Assembly (NCBI GenBank): GCA_021786315.1
Contig: JAJYNN010000002.1
Location: 462,997 to 526,996 of the forward strand
Length of the DNA stretch: 64,000 bases
Source: a bacterium
GTDB lineage: Bacteria > Patescibacteriota > Microgenomatia > Daviesbacterales > UBA10151
Direction: 5' to 3'
The notes below the pieces were generated by a model. It was not told the origin of the DNA. It was given only the letters and a program-made list of their open reading frames with translations, and ran no database searches. This document shows positions 26,229 through 35,622 of this stretch, piece after piece. The position numbers were made by a program, and so were the translations under genes. The first letter of the stretch is position 1; each line of letters begins with the position of its first letter.

Positions 26229-27449
26229 CTAGGGCATGTAAGTTTTAAATGCCTGCAGAGAAGTTGCCGAAGAATCGATGCGCCAGTCAGTTTCTTTATT
26301 TAAATCGAACCAGGTTATTTCAGAAACCTTAGGGAATAGGTTAGGTAGGGCGTTGGTAAACATATCTTTAACCCAAGCTGCCTTGTCTCCCCCTTGTTCA
26401 GCAGAAGCGGTTTCAGCGATATAGATTGGTTTGTTATATGTCCGGGTTAAGAAATTATAGGCGTTGGAAAAAACACCAGAGAAGCTTCTCCAACCTGAGC
26501 TGTTGGTGGTTCCGGAATTATAGCCATCAATACCGATAATATCTACGACATCATCCCCAGGGTAAAATTGGGAAGCAGTTGAGATATCCGTATAGGGCAC
26601 ATTGTCCGAGTTAATCGCCCACATCCAGGAAACGTTAGTTACGCCCTGGGCGCGGAACAGGTTTACGATATAGCGGTAAGCGGCCTTGTAATCATCCGGC
26701 CGGTTGCCCCAGGGGTACCAGTTGCCGTTCATTTCATGGCCAAAACGGATCACGACCGGACCGCCATAGCTTTTGACTGAGTTGGCAAAATTTATAAGGT
26801 AAGCATCCTGGCTTCCGGTTGGGATTGCTTTAAGGTAATCAGTTGATTGGTTCATGCCCTGAGACGGATCCCAAGGCTCCCAGGCAATAATCAGTTTCAT
26901 ATTCCTGGATTTGGCATAGGCAAGGTCGGATGAGCTTAGATCCCGGTAAGGTGAACCAAATTGCTTAAAGAAAGAAAGGTGACTGACCGGCTTACCCAGT
27001 TCTGATTCGACAGTGGTTACCCCGGTAGAAGTATTCCAGTCGTTAATAACCACTCCCATCTTAACGTTGGAAGTGACAGGCACTATTGTTGGCGCCGTGG
27101 TTGGGGTGGCAACCGGAGCGGAAGTTAGGGTAGGAGTCGCTGTACCAGATGAAGGTACTGATGTTGGAGCCACAGTGGGCTGAATGGAAGGGGCTACAGT
27201 CGGTGAACTGGATATGGTTGGGGATGGAGTTACACTGGGAGTAGACCCTGCGAACTTATCGTGGTTCTTGTTGCTATGAGTATTGGCAGCCAAAGCAACT
27301 TGGACCAAAGGGCTTAAGTTGCCAAGATTACCTTTCACGGCATAAGTATATCCTCCCAGGGCCAATAAGACTGTGGCCAGGATAACAGAGAGAAAGAGCC
27401 GTGGATTTTCCGAAAAAACTCTCCTGAGGAGAGCGGAGATTTTAGGCAT
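26229..27449 (-). CDS. Exported GH26 glycoside hydrolase with P/T-rich linker
   Basis: RFGHEMNGNWYPW, GIDGYN, IAETAS. Confidence 0.9.
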   Translation of the reverse strand: MPKISALLRRVFSENPRLFLSVILATVLLALGGYTYAVKGNLGNLSPLVQVALAANTHSNKNHDKFAGSTPSVTPSPTISSSPTVAPSIQPTVAPTSVPSSGTATPTLTSAPVATPTTAPTIVPVTSNVKMGVVINDWNTSTGVTTVESELGKPVSHLSFFKQFGSPYRDLSSSDLAYAKSRNMKLIIAWEPWDPSQGMNQSTDYLKAIPTGSQDAYLINFANSVKSYGGPVVIRFGHEMNGNWYPWGNRPDDYKAAYRYIVNLFRAQGVTNVSWMWAINSDNVPYTDISTASQFYPGDDVVDIIGIDGYNSGTTNSSGWRSFSGVFSNAYNFLTRTYNKPIYIAETASAEQGGDKAAWVKDMFTNALPNLFPKVSEITWFDLNKETDWRIDSSATSLQAFKTYMP

Positions 27450-27552
27450 AACGGGTACCCATTCTATCGGGATTCTTACGCGTTTGCAACTTAATTCTTA
27501 CTCTAGTAGAAGGAGACTGACAAGATATAAAAAGCAGTTTTAAGGATTTCCC

Positions 27553-28137
27553 TTATCTAGAAACGAATGGGTTGTCTTTAATAAAAAATCTTAAAGGAAG
27601 GTCAATACTTTTAGTAATCCCTATCCTGGTAGAGGTAATAATTTCTACCTTCTGGTCTGATTCTTGAATGATTATGGGACCCCTGGTCAATTCTGCGCCG
27701 TTTAATTTGATATCTATCCCCATTGCTTGAGTTAGTTTAGCCGGACCGCTGCATAAGTTTTCAATATCCTCCACTCCCCGCCTCTTTTTCATCAATTCGA
27801 TACCTTCAAGAGGCTCTAATGATCTTATCAACACCCCTTCTCCTTTTCCTTTGGGTCCGGTAACTGTGTTGAAGCAGTAATACATACCATAGGTAAAATA
27901 AACATAAGCGCGACCCGGAGAATCAAACATCACAGCATTTCTTGGCGTTCGGCCTTTATAAGAGTGTGAAGATAAATCTCCGGCACTCAGATAAGCTTCT
28001 GTTTCGACAATTTTACCAACAGTGATTCCCTCCGGAAGATTTGTTACCAGGAAGCAACCTAAGAGCTCTTTAGCTACAGTTTCAGCTTTACGGGAATAAA
28101 AAGACCTGGGGAGTACCATTTTTACCCATTCTAACAC
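27553..28137 (-). CDS. 3-methyladenine DNA glycosylase (MPG family)
   Basis: [25 protein letters not shown]. Confidence 0.93.
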   Translation of the reverse strand: MLEWVKMVLPRSFYSRKAETVAKELLGCFLVTNLPEGITVGKIVETEAYLSAGDLSSHSYKGRTPRNAVMFDSPGRAYVYFTYGMYYCFNTVTGPKGKGEGVLIRSLEPLEGIELMKKRRGVEDIENLCSGPAKLTQAMGIDIKLNGAELTRGPIIIQESDQKVEIITSTRIGITKSIDLPLRFFIKDNPFVSR

Positions 28138-28191
28138 GATTCATACCTAGCTTTTGTTTATTTTTAAACGCTAGAGGCTAACATAAAGCTT

Positions 28192-28443
28192 ATGAACATC
28201 CTTTCATGGATAGTTTTCGGACTGATTGTGGGAGTCATTGCCCACTATTTGGATCCGCGCCGGAATCAGGGGGGATTGTTGGGGACAACCCTTCTTGGGA
28301 TTTTGGGGGCTCTTCTTGGTGGGTTCCTGGGAGATTTGATCTTTGGGGTAGGAGTAACAGGTTTTAACCTCTCCTCCTTTATCGTGGCGGTCATCGGCGC
28401 GTTAGTCCTTTTATTTATCAGCCGGGCTGTCAGACAAGCATAA
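28192..28443 (+). CDS. GlsB/YeaQ/YmgE-family membrane protein
   Basis: WIVFGLIVG...LGILGALLGG...AVIGA. Confidence 0.9.
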   Translation: MNILSWIVFGLIVGVIAHYLDPRRNQGGLLGTTLLGILGALLGGFLGDLIFGVGVTGFNLSSFIVAVIGALVLLFISRAVRQA

Positions 28444-28532
28444 AGAATCTAACGGAATCCTTACGGATAATTTATTGGTTTGTTACGCCCTGTCTCTAAA
28501 ATCAAGTTTGTAAGAATGTAAGATTTTTCACT

Positions 28533-29219
28533 ATGCAGCAGCTATATTCTCTGCCATCTTTGGAACTATTTTTCTCGCAATTCGACCTTCAACATTTTAA
28601 AAAGAGGGATTCGATCCTTCAGGCAGAGACTAACCCCATGTACGTATATTTTGTAAAGAGCGGGTATATCCGGGTATACCGTGTTTCTGAGGATGGCGAA
28701 GAACTTACCCTGGTCATACTTAAACCGGGCGACTTATTCCCCTTTGTCTGGTCAGAAAATGATCTCCCCAACCATTATTATTTGGAAGCATTGACTCCGG
28801 TTGATGTTCTAAAGGTCCCCAAGGAGAAGTTTTTGTCATTTTTGGAGTCACAACCAAGGCTTACTTATGAGCTCACAAGCTATCTTCTAGTCCGTTTCGG
28901 AGGACTCTTAACGAGAATGGAATATTTAATTTTTGGTAACGCCTATACCAAAGTGGCTGCTACCTTACTGGTATGTGCGAAAAGCTTTGGTGAGCAGCAA
29001 GGCAACCAGGTTATGGTTAATTTGCCCTTAACCCACAAGGATATTGCCACTATGGTGGGAATTACCCGGGAAACTACCTGCCTGGAGATGAAAAAGTTAG
29101 AACGCCAGGGGTTAATTTCCCACCAGGGCCGTTATTTCATTATTAAGGATCTTCAGGGCTTGGAACACGAATCCCTTCTGGACGAGGAGCAAGACTCCTT
29201 CTTAAACCATTCGTTGTAA
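28533..29219 (+). CDS. Crp/Fnr-family regulator
   Basis: cNMP-binding domain plus LTHKDIATMVGITRET HTH. Confidence 0.92.
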   Translation: MQQLYSLPSLELFFSQFDLQHFKKRDSILQAETNPMYVYFVKSGYIRVYRVSEDGEELTLVILKPGDLFPFVWSENDLPNHYYLEALTPVDVLKVPKEKFLSFLESQPRLTYELTSYLLVRFGGLLTRMEYLIFGNAYTKVAATLLVCAKSFGEQQGNQVMVNLPLTHKDIATMVGITRETTCLEMKKLERQGLISHQGRYFIIKDLQGLEHESLLDEEQDSFLNHSL

Positions 29220-29221
29220 TT

Positions 29222-30979
29222 TTATTTAATTTCCAGTGGCTGGTTTTGTGATAAACGCGAATAGACATAGGCCGTTTGGTCGGAAGGTGATAAAAGATAA
29301 GCCTGCCGGGCGGCCATTAATGCTTCATCCGTCTTTTTCAGATTATAGTCAGCTATGGTCAAAATTAACCAAAGCTTTGCATTGTACGGAAGGAGTTTAA
29401 GTGATTCTGTAGTAAAATCGCGGGCTTTCTGGTTGTCTTTATCCTGGAAAAGCAGAATATTGGCGTAGTTTTCATAAGCCAAGTAATATTGGCCGTTATC
29501 GATAGCCTTTTTGTAGTATTCCTTAGCTTTTTGGTAATCTCCCCTTCTTTCGGCAACTACCCCTAAATTATTCCAGTTAGTCCACCATTTTGGGGCCAGC
29601 TGGGCAGATTTTTCAAAATGGATGGCCGCTTCATCCATCTGCCCGTGTCTAAATAGCTCCACCCCGTAATTGTTTTCCAAATCAAAGCTGTTTTGGGAAA
29701 CCTTAATATCGTGGCCATATAAAGTTAAGCCGTCTTTCCAGTCGAAATTACGGATAAAAGTTCGTGCTGAGAGGGCGAGAATGATTACCAGGAGACAGGC
29801 GGTAAAAATTTTCAATTTCCAGGTACCAATTTTCAATGAATTTTCAATTTTGGAATTTGCAAAGATGGTGCCAGCCATACCTAGTAGCCCCACCATGGGA
29901 AGGTAAAACCAGCGGTCAGAATAAGTTAAGTCCAAGGGAAAAATTTGCAGATGCATCCCTAAGCCTGTTGTAAACCAGACAAAGAAAAATAAATAAGCTT
30001 TAAGGTCTTCACTTTTCTTTTTCCACAAAATTGCCGCAATTGATACTAAAATAACAAACAAGGTTAGATCCACCATTAGCGGCATCGTAAAGTTATTCCA
30101 GGTTAAGGATTTCACTGCCCAGTGCTGGTTAATGGCTAGATTCTTGGGAAAAACAAAAGTTTTAAGGTAGGAAAAAATTATTTTGGGGATGCTTAAAATC
30201 CGTTCCGAAAGCGGCATGACGGTAATCGGGGACAATCCGTGTTTATTAAAGAAGATCCCGGCCACCACAAACCTCAGGAATGAATATACCCCGGCTACGG
30301 TGCAAATAGCACCGATATACCGCAAAAGTTCGTGGCGCTTAAAGAATAAAAAGTAAGCTCCAATGATTATTATAAAACCAACCCCGGTTTCTTTGGAAAG
30401 TAACGAAGCAAGCAGCAGTCCGGTCAAAATTAACCACCTCTTGAGGCTGATAATCCCTTTTGTGGCATAATTTAATCCCAAAACGCCAAAGAAAAAGAAC
30501 AGGATATCCTGCAGGTCAGAGATATAAACAACGGTTTCGGTGTTTAGAGGATGAACTAAAAAAATTAACGCCAGGAAAAAGGATAAAGTCTCCTTTTTGA
30601 GAATGCGCTTAAGAATCAGGAAAACAATTACTGAACTTGCAAGGTGTATGGATACCTGGAGAAGGTGGAAAAAGAAGGCATTGGGGCCAAAAACTGTATA
30701 AATTAAGGAAAAGAAAACGGTCATTAGCGGCTTGTAATATAATCCCCCTAACGTACCTGAGCCGCCGCTGTTAAAGGTGCTTTCAGAAAAAAACTGGAAA
30801 ATATTGCCGATGGAGTGTACCGGTAAGTTGTTTAAAACCTGTTCCTCATCATCCCAGACAAAACCATTAAAAAGACTGTTAAAATAAAGAAGTAAACCGA
30901 TTACTATTAGTAGAATCACCCATTTATTTTTCATGAAAGCAGAGTTAACCTTAACAGTATAGCTTGTTTTGATAATCAA
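29222..30979 (-). CDS. TMTC-like GT-C membrane protein with C-terminal TPRs
   Basis: GFVWDD, YYKPL, VHPLNTETV, SKET, DRWFYLP; TPR repeats. Confidence 0.85.
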   Translation of the reverse strand: MIIKTSYTVKVNSAFMKNKWVILLIVIGLLLYFNSLFNGFVWDDEEQVLNNLPVHSIGNIFQFFSESTFNSGGSGTLGGLYYKPLMTVFFSLIYTVFGPNAFFFHLLQVSIHLASSVIVFLILKRILKKETLSFFLALIFLVHPLNTETVVYISDLQDILFFFFGVLGLNYATKGIISLKRWLILTGLLLASLLSKETGVGFIIIIGAYFLFFKRHELLRYIGAICTVAGVYSFLRFVVAGIFFNKHGLSPITVMPLSERILSIPKIIFSYLKTFVFPKNLAINQHWAVKSLTWNNFTMPLMVDLTLFVILVSIAAILWKKKSEDLKAYLFFFVWFTTGLGMHLQIFPLDLTYSDRWFYLPMVGLLGMAGTIFANSKIENSLKIGTWKLKIFTACLLVIILALSARTFIRNFDWKDGLTLYGHDIKVSQNSFDLENNYGVELFRHGQMDEAAIHFEKSAQLAPKWWTNWNNLGVVAERRGDYQKAKEYYKKAIDNGQYYLAYENYANILLFQDKDNQKARDFTTESLKLLPYNAKLWLILTIADYNLKKTDEALMAARQAYLLSPSDQTAYVYSRLSQNQPLEIK

Positions 30980-30982
30980 TGT

Positions 30983-31735
30983 ATGAAGTATTTGAACGAA
31001 TATATCAAAGTTGCTCCCATGTCTCTCGCCTTCTGGCGGGTTCTTGAGGCTAATGCGCTTGGTAAAGTTAAACTCTCCCGTCCAATTCTAGATATCGGCT
31101 GTGGCTTTGGAGAGTTTTCCGGTGTCTTTTTTAAAAGTTTCGTTGAAGTGGGTGTTGATATTTCAGAGAGGGATTTATTGCTGGCGAAGGAAAAACAAAA
31201 ATATAAAAAATTAATTTTAGCAGATGCCCGGCAGCTACCTTTTCCTAACAATAAATTTAAAAGCGTAATCTCTATTAGCGTTCTGGAACATATCCCGGAA
31301 GTCGAAACGGTTTTTCCTGAAATCTTTCGAGTTTTACAGCCGGGAGGAATCTTTACTTTTACCGTTCCCACCTCAGTCCTCAATGACGCATTGATCTTGC
31401 CCCCGCCCCGCGGGTGGTGGTTAAAGGTTTACCACTGGTCTTTTAAACATAAAGTTATTTTACCGAAAAATACCTGGATTAACTGGTGTAAAAAAGCTGG
31501 ATTTGAAATCAAAGAGTCCTCAGGGACGATTTCCCGAAAACAATTACTTGCTTTTCAAGCAGGTCTCCCTTTGGCTTTACCATCGCAAATACATAGGTTG
31601 TTTTTTACCAAGAGATTAATAGTTTTAACTTCTTTCCGAAGATGGTTGCTAAGAAAAGTCATTTACATTTTAGGAGAGACTTCAACTCCATCAGATGCCA
31701 ACATCATTATTATCGCCCAAAAACCAAAATCATGA
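30983..31735 (+). CDS. Class I SAM-dependent methyltransferase
   Basis: LDIGCGFG, SVLEHIP. Confidence 0.9.
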   Translation: MKYLNEYIKVAPMSLAFWRVLEANALGKVKLSRPILDIGCGFGEFSGVFFKSFVEVGVDISERDLLLAKEKQKYKKLILADARQLPFPNNKFKSVISISVLEHIPEVETVFPEIFRVLQPGGIFTFTVPTSVLNDALILPPPRGWWLKVYHWSFKHKVILPKNTWINWCKKAGFEIKESSGTISRKQLLAFQAGLPLALPSQIHRLFFTKRLIVLTSFRRWLLRKVIYILGETSTPSDANIIIIAQKPKS

Positions 31736-32559
31736 CCCGTTGCCCTATTTGTTTATCCTCTAAATTTAAAAATATTTTCTCGACGAGAGCCTCTGCACGA
31801 AATAAAGGTAAATATCAAATTACCCAGTGTTGTAAATGCCATCTGGGGGTTTTGACACCCTCACTAAATGAAGAAGAATTAAAGCAAATTTACCAGGAGA
31901 ATTATTTTAAAGATGAGGCCCCGGTAGAAAATTCGGATGCGGCAGTTAAATTTCAGTTTGTTAGGAGACATCTACCGGCTGATTTTAAACTGCTTGATTT
32001 TGGGTGTGGGGTGGGGAACTTTTTGGGTATTTGCCAAAAAGAAGGTTTTTTTTGCCAAGGGTTTGATATGTCTGAATTTGCGGCAAAATATGTATCACAA
32101 AAATATAAGATACCTGTAAAGACTGGTAAACTACAAAAAGGATTGTTTCCTGCTAACTTTTTTGATGCAATAGTTGTCTTTGACGTTATTGAACATATCT
32201 CGGATTTTTCAGAAGCAATTCGATTATGGAACCTGTGGTTAAAAAAAGGAGGAACATTATTTATTACAACTCCAAACTTAGAAAGTTTAGATGCAAAAAT
32301 ATTAGGAAGATTTTGGTATGGTTATCAAAAAATACCACAACATCTTAATTATTTTAATCCTGATTCCATTAAAATTTTGTTAAATAGATATCATTTTGCC
32401 AATATCAAAATTAGGGGTTGGGGATTTAGCCGGAATTTAGAATTTTTTGCCCAAAAATTATTTCGCCGAAGTCATATACCTATACTTGGTGTACTTCTTA
32501 GAAGGATAAATGTTTTTTTCCCTATAGTTGATATGATGGTTATAGCCCAAAAAGACTAA
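31732..32559 (+). CDS. Class I SAM methyltransferase with N-terminal CxxC motifs
   Basis: MTRCPIC, LDFGCGVG, DVIEH, PQHLNYF. Confidence 0.88.
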   Translation: MTRCPICLSSKFKNIFSTRASARNKGKYQITQCCKCHLGVLTPSLNEEELKQIYQENYFKDEAPVENSDAAVKFQFVRRHLPADFKLLDFGCGVGNFLGICQKEGFFCQGFDMSEFAAKYVSQKYKIPVKTGKLQKGLFPANFFDAIVVFDVIEHISDFSEAIRLWNLWLKKGGTLFITTPNLESLDAKILGRFWYGYQKIPQHLNYFNPDSIKILLNRYHFANIKIRGWGFSRNLEFFAQKLFRRSHIPILGVLLRRINVFFPIVDMMVIAQKD

Positions 32560-32560
32560 T

Positions 32561-34075
32561 ATGAAGTTCCTCGCACTTTTTCTGCTTATCGCTATAGCAA
32601 CTTCGTTCTCCTTAAGTTGGCTTTTAAACGATCCGCCTGTTTGGCCTGATGAAGCAATTTATGCGGATATAGCGGCAAATGTTTTAAACGAAAATAGATT
32701 AGGTACGAACCTTTGGCAAGGAACGATCCCGAATGTTGAACAGCATGCCTTCTGGTATCCTCCGGCTTTTTTCTATACGCTTTCTCTCTGGTTTAAAGTT
32801 ACAGGTTTCTCAATCGTTAGCCAGAGAACTCTGTCGGTTATTGTGGGGATTGGTTTTATATTGTTCTTCTACTTTGCGGGGAGAAATATTCTTGCCGGAA
32901 TGGGAAAGTATTCAAAAGTTTCTGATAGTTGGTTATTAATTTTCGTGATCGGGGCAATGATGGTAGATTTTATTTTCCAAAAAGCTAATCGAATCAGCCG
33001 TCCGGAGATTTTTGTGCTGTTTTGGGGGAGCTTGGCAACTCTATTTATGAGCAAATTATGGTTGGGTAAATCAACCAGGCTTAAGGAATACTTTTGGCTT
33101 GTACTTAGCGGTCTCTGTAGCGCTATGGCTTTTTTAAACCACACTATTGGAGCCTTCTTTTTTATTTTCTTACTAACCTCCCTTTTTATATATAACTCTT
33201 GGAGAGTCATTAAGTCATTTAAATTGTATTTATTTATACTCTCTTTCATACTTCCTCTGGTAATTTGGCTTATCAGCATTTTCCCTGATATTGCTATTCT
33301 TAAAGAACAGCTTTTTTTAGCAACGGTCAGGAAAAATCTGGAGGAGCCTTGGCTTTGGTCAGAGCTACTTAATCAAGGCTGGCTCCACCGGTTGATCTTA
33401 GCCAGTTATCTTACAATTACCTTTCTTTTCTTCCTGCTGTCTTTTAATCGCAGAAAGGAGCAACTACTCGTTTCAATAGGGCTAATTTTGTCTTGGGGCT
33501 TTTCCCTCTACGGCAAAATGGGATGGTACCTCGTTTTTCCTATCCCCTTTGTTTATTTGTCACTCCTGTTATTTTTAAAAAGAACATCTGCCAGATGGGA
33601 AGAAGGTAGATCGATCGGTAAAGAGTTATTTTTGTTTGCTGTTGCTGTAACTATAATCATCAGTGTACTAAACATAAACGTCAGTTATATCTCCAATATG
33701 AAATTTTTAGAGGATGACGAATACTCTTATGAAAGTTTTACTAAAGAGATACTGGAAAAAATCCCTGATCAAAAAACAGTATTTCTTTCAGCTATTCCTG
33801 ACCCTTACTTTGAATTTAAAAATCTCAAAAGATCAAACAGACTCTACGAGTTTCCTGTCTTACAAACTTCAAAAAAGAATTACCTTGATGTTTTAAATAA
33901 CACTGATTATATAATTTACAACGGCTCGTACGATTACTTGGTATTTGGAAATTTTTTACAAAGATATATTCTAAAAAATCAGTTACGGATCGAGAGAGTC
34001 GGGCATGCGAACCAATATGAGTTTTTAATTATTGAACTGAAGCCAAGAGACCAAAGGGATCAGTTACTTCAATGA
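32561..34075 (+). CDS. GT-C (ArnT/PMT-like) glycosyltransferase
   Basis: PPVWPDE, YPP, multiple TMs. Confidence 0.8.
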   Translation: MKFLALFLLIAIATSFSLSWLLNDPPVWPDEAIYADIAANVLNENRLGTNLWQGTIPNVEQHAFWYPPAFFYTLSLWFKVTGFSIVSQRTLSVIVGIGFILFFYFAGRNILAGMGKYSKVSDSWLLIFVIGAMMVDFIFQKANRISRPEIFVLFWGSLATLFMSKLWLGKSTRLKEYFWLVLSGLCSAMAFLNHTIGAFFFIFLLTSLFIYNSWRVIKSFKLYLFILSFILPLVIWLISIFPDIAILKEQLFLATVRKNLEEPWLWSELLNQGWLHRLILASYLTITFLFFLLSFNRRKEQLLVSIGLILSWGFSLYGKMGWYLVFPIPFVYLSLLLFLKRTSARWEEGRSIGKELFLFAVAVTIIISVLNINVSYISNMKFLEDDEYSYESFTKEILEKIPDQKTVFLSAIPDPYFEFKNLKRSNRLYEFPVLQTSKKNYLDVLNNTDYIIYNGSYDYLVFGNFLQRYILKNQLRIERVGHANQYEFLIIELKPRDQRDQLLQ

Positions 34076-35622
34076 CAATTTTTAAAAAACCATTATTAGG
34101 ATTAATTATAATTTGTTTGACGGCCGCTATATTCCGCTTGTTCTTTTTTAATCTAATTGAATTTAAGTATGACGAAGCATATACGGTTTTCCAAATGGAG
34201 CAGTTTTACATGCATCCTTACTTAATGCAGGTCGGTCCTCCCCAAAGCACGGGTGTTTACAACCCGCCTTTATTTAACTTCCTGATGATTATTTTATCTT
34301 TATTCTCCAGGAGCCCGCAGTATTTAAGCTTTTTGATTGCATTCATCAACGTAATCTTTGCAGGCATTTTTTATCTTGTGGTCAGGAAGTTTTATGGAAA
34401 ATTTACAGGGGTTATTGCCGGATTGCTTTTAGCCACTTCCCCCTGGAATATAGTCTTTTCCCGTAAAATTTGGATTCCTGACCTTTTAGGGCCGATGATG
34501 GTTATTGTTTTCTACTATCTCCATCAGGTGGTTTTGGCAAGGAAAGAAAAAGCCGTACTACCGCTGTTTATATTTTTAACTTTAATTCCCCAGATGCATG
34601 CTTCCGGGTTATTTTTTACCGCCGCTACTTTATTAATCTTTTTAATAACAAAAACAAAGCTTAATTTCAGGAAAGCTTTAATCGGAGTTGGTATCGGGTT
34701 AATTCCGGCAACGCCCTATATTATCCGCCAGCTTACATCTACCCCATTTTGTGTGGATTGCGTGGCATTTTTTACCTATCAGGGAGGAGCAAGGCCTTTT
34801 GACTTGGAAAACTTTCTCCGGCCGTTTAATTTCCTGGGTGGCTTTAATTTCCAAATTTTACTCGGTGAAAGCTACCCTGAATTTTTAAACGTACTTCCCT
34901 TCGGCAAAATTTTGTCTGTCCTATTTGTCGGTGAGATCTTATCTGTAATTGCCGCGGCATTTTGGATAGTTAAATCCCAAATAAAGTATCTGTTTCTTGT
35001 TTTGTATCTAGTTATCATCCCCATCCTCTACCTGGCAACTAAAACTCCAGCCTACATGCACTACTTTGTGGTTTTAAGCTTAATGGTTATCCTACTGCAG
35101 TCTCTCTTCTTTAAATCTATCCTAGAAGTCAAGAAGAACCAAACTACAATAGTTCTTATAGCAGCACTAATAGGCATTGTTCTGGCCGCTAACGTCATTT
35201 TTGAAATCTCATTGATCAAGTTCTTGTCATCAAAACAAAAAATTAACGGTGATTACGGTCCGGTTTTTTCTGTGACTCAAAATTACATTAAGGACCAAAC
35301 CGAAAGTTACCAAACTCTTCCTGATTATGGATTACTAAAAAGTTATTCCTATATGTTTGCCCAAACAAAGTTTTTACACCAAAAGTTAGGTGATTATTTT
35401 GCCCAAACCGGAAGAGCGGATTTGGCAATTTCAGAATTTCAAGAAGCATTGAATGAAAACAACAACGATAAATATTCCCGGGCCAACCTTGCCTATATTG
35501 ATATGCAGACAGGTAAACTTGATGATGCCAAAAAAGAGATCAACCTATTATCTGCCCAGGATTCGACCTTGTCTGCCAGGCTGCAAAATATACTGGATAA
35601 TATCAACAATAAAACCAAATGA
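34072..35622 (+). CDS. GT-C glycosyltransferase with C-terminal TPR
   Basis: FKYDEA, NPPLF, FSRKIW; multi-TM. Confidence 0.8.
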   Translation: MTIFKKPLLGLIIICLTAAIFRLFFFNLIEFKYDEAYTVFQMEQFYMHPYLMQVGPPQSTGVYNPPLFNFLMIILSLFSRSPQYLSFLIAFINVIFAGIFYLVVRKFYGKFTGVIAGLLLATSPWNIVFSRKIWIPDLLGPMMVIVFYYLHQVVLARKEKAVLPLFIFLTLIPQMHASGLFFTAATLLIFLITKTKLNFRKALIGVGIGLIPATPYIIRQLTSTPFCVDCVAFFTYQGGARPFDLENFLRPFNFLGGFNFQILLGESYPEFLNVLPFGKILSVLFVGEILSVIAAAFWIVKSQIKYLFLVLYLVIIPILYLATKTPAYMHYFVVLSLMVILLQSLFFKSILEVKKNQTTIVLIAALIGIVLAANVIFEISLIKFLSSKQKINGDYGPVFSVTQNYIKDQTESYQTLPDYGLLKSYSYMFAQTKFLHQKLGDYFAQTGRADLAISEFQEALNENNNDKYSRANLAYIDMQTGKLDDAKKEINLLSAQDSTLSARLQNILDNINNKTK

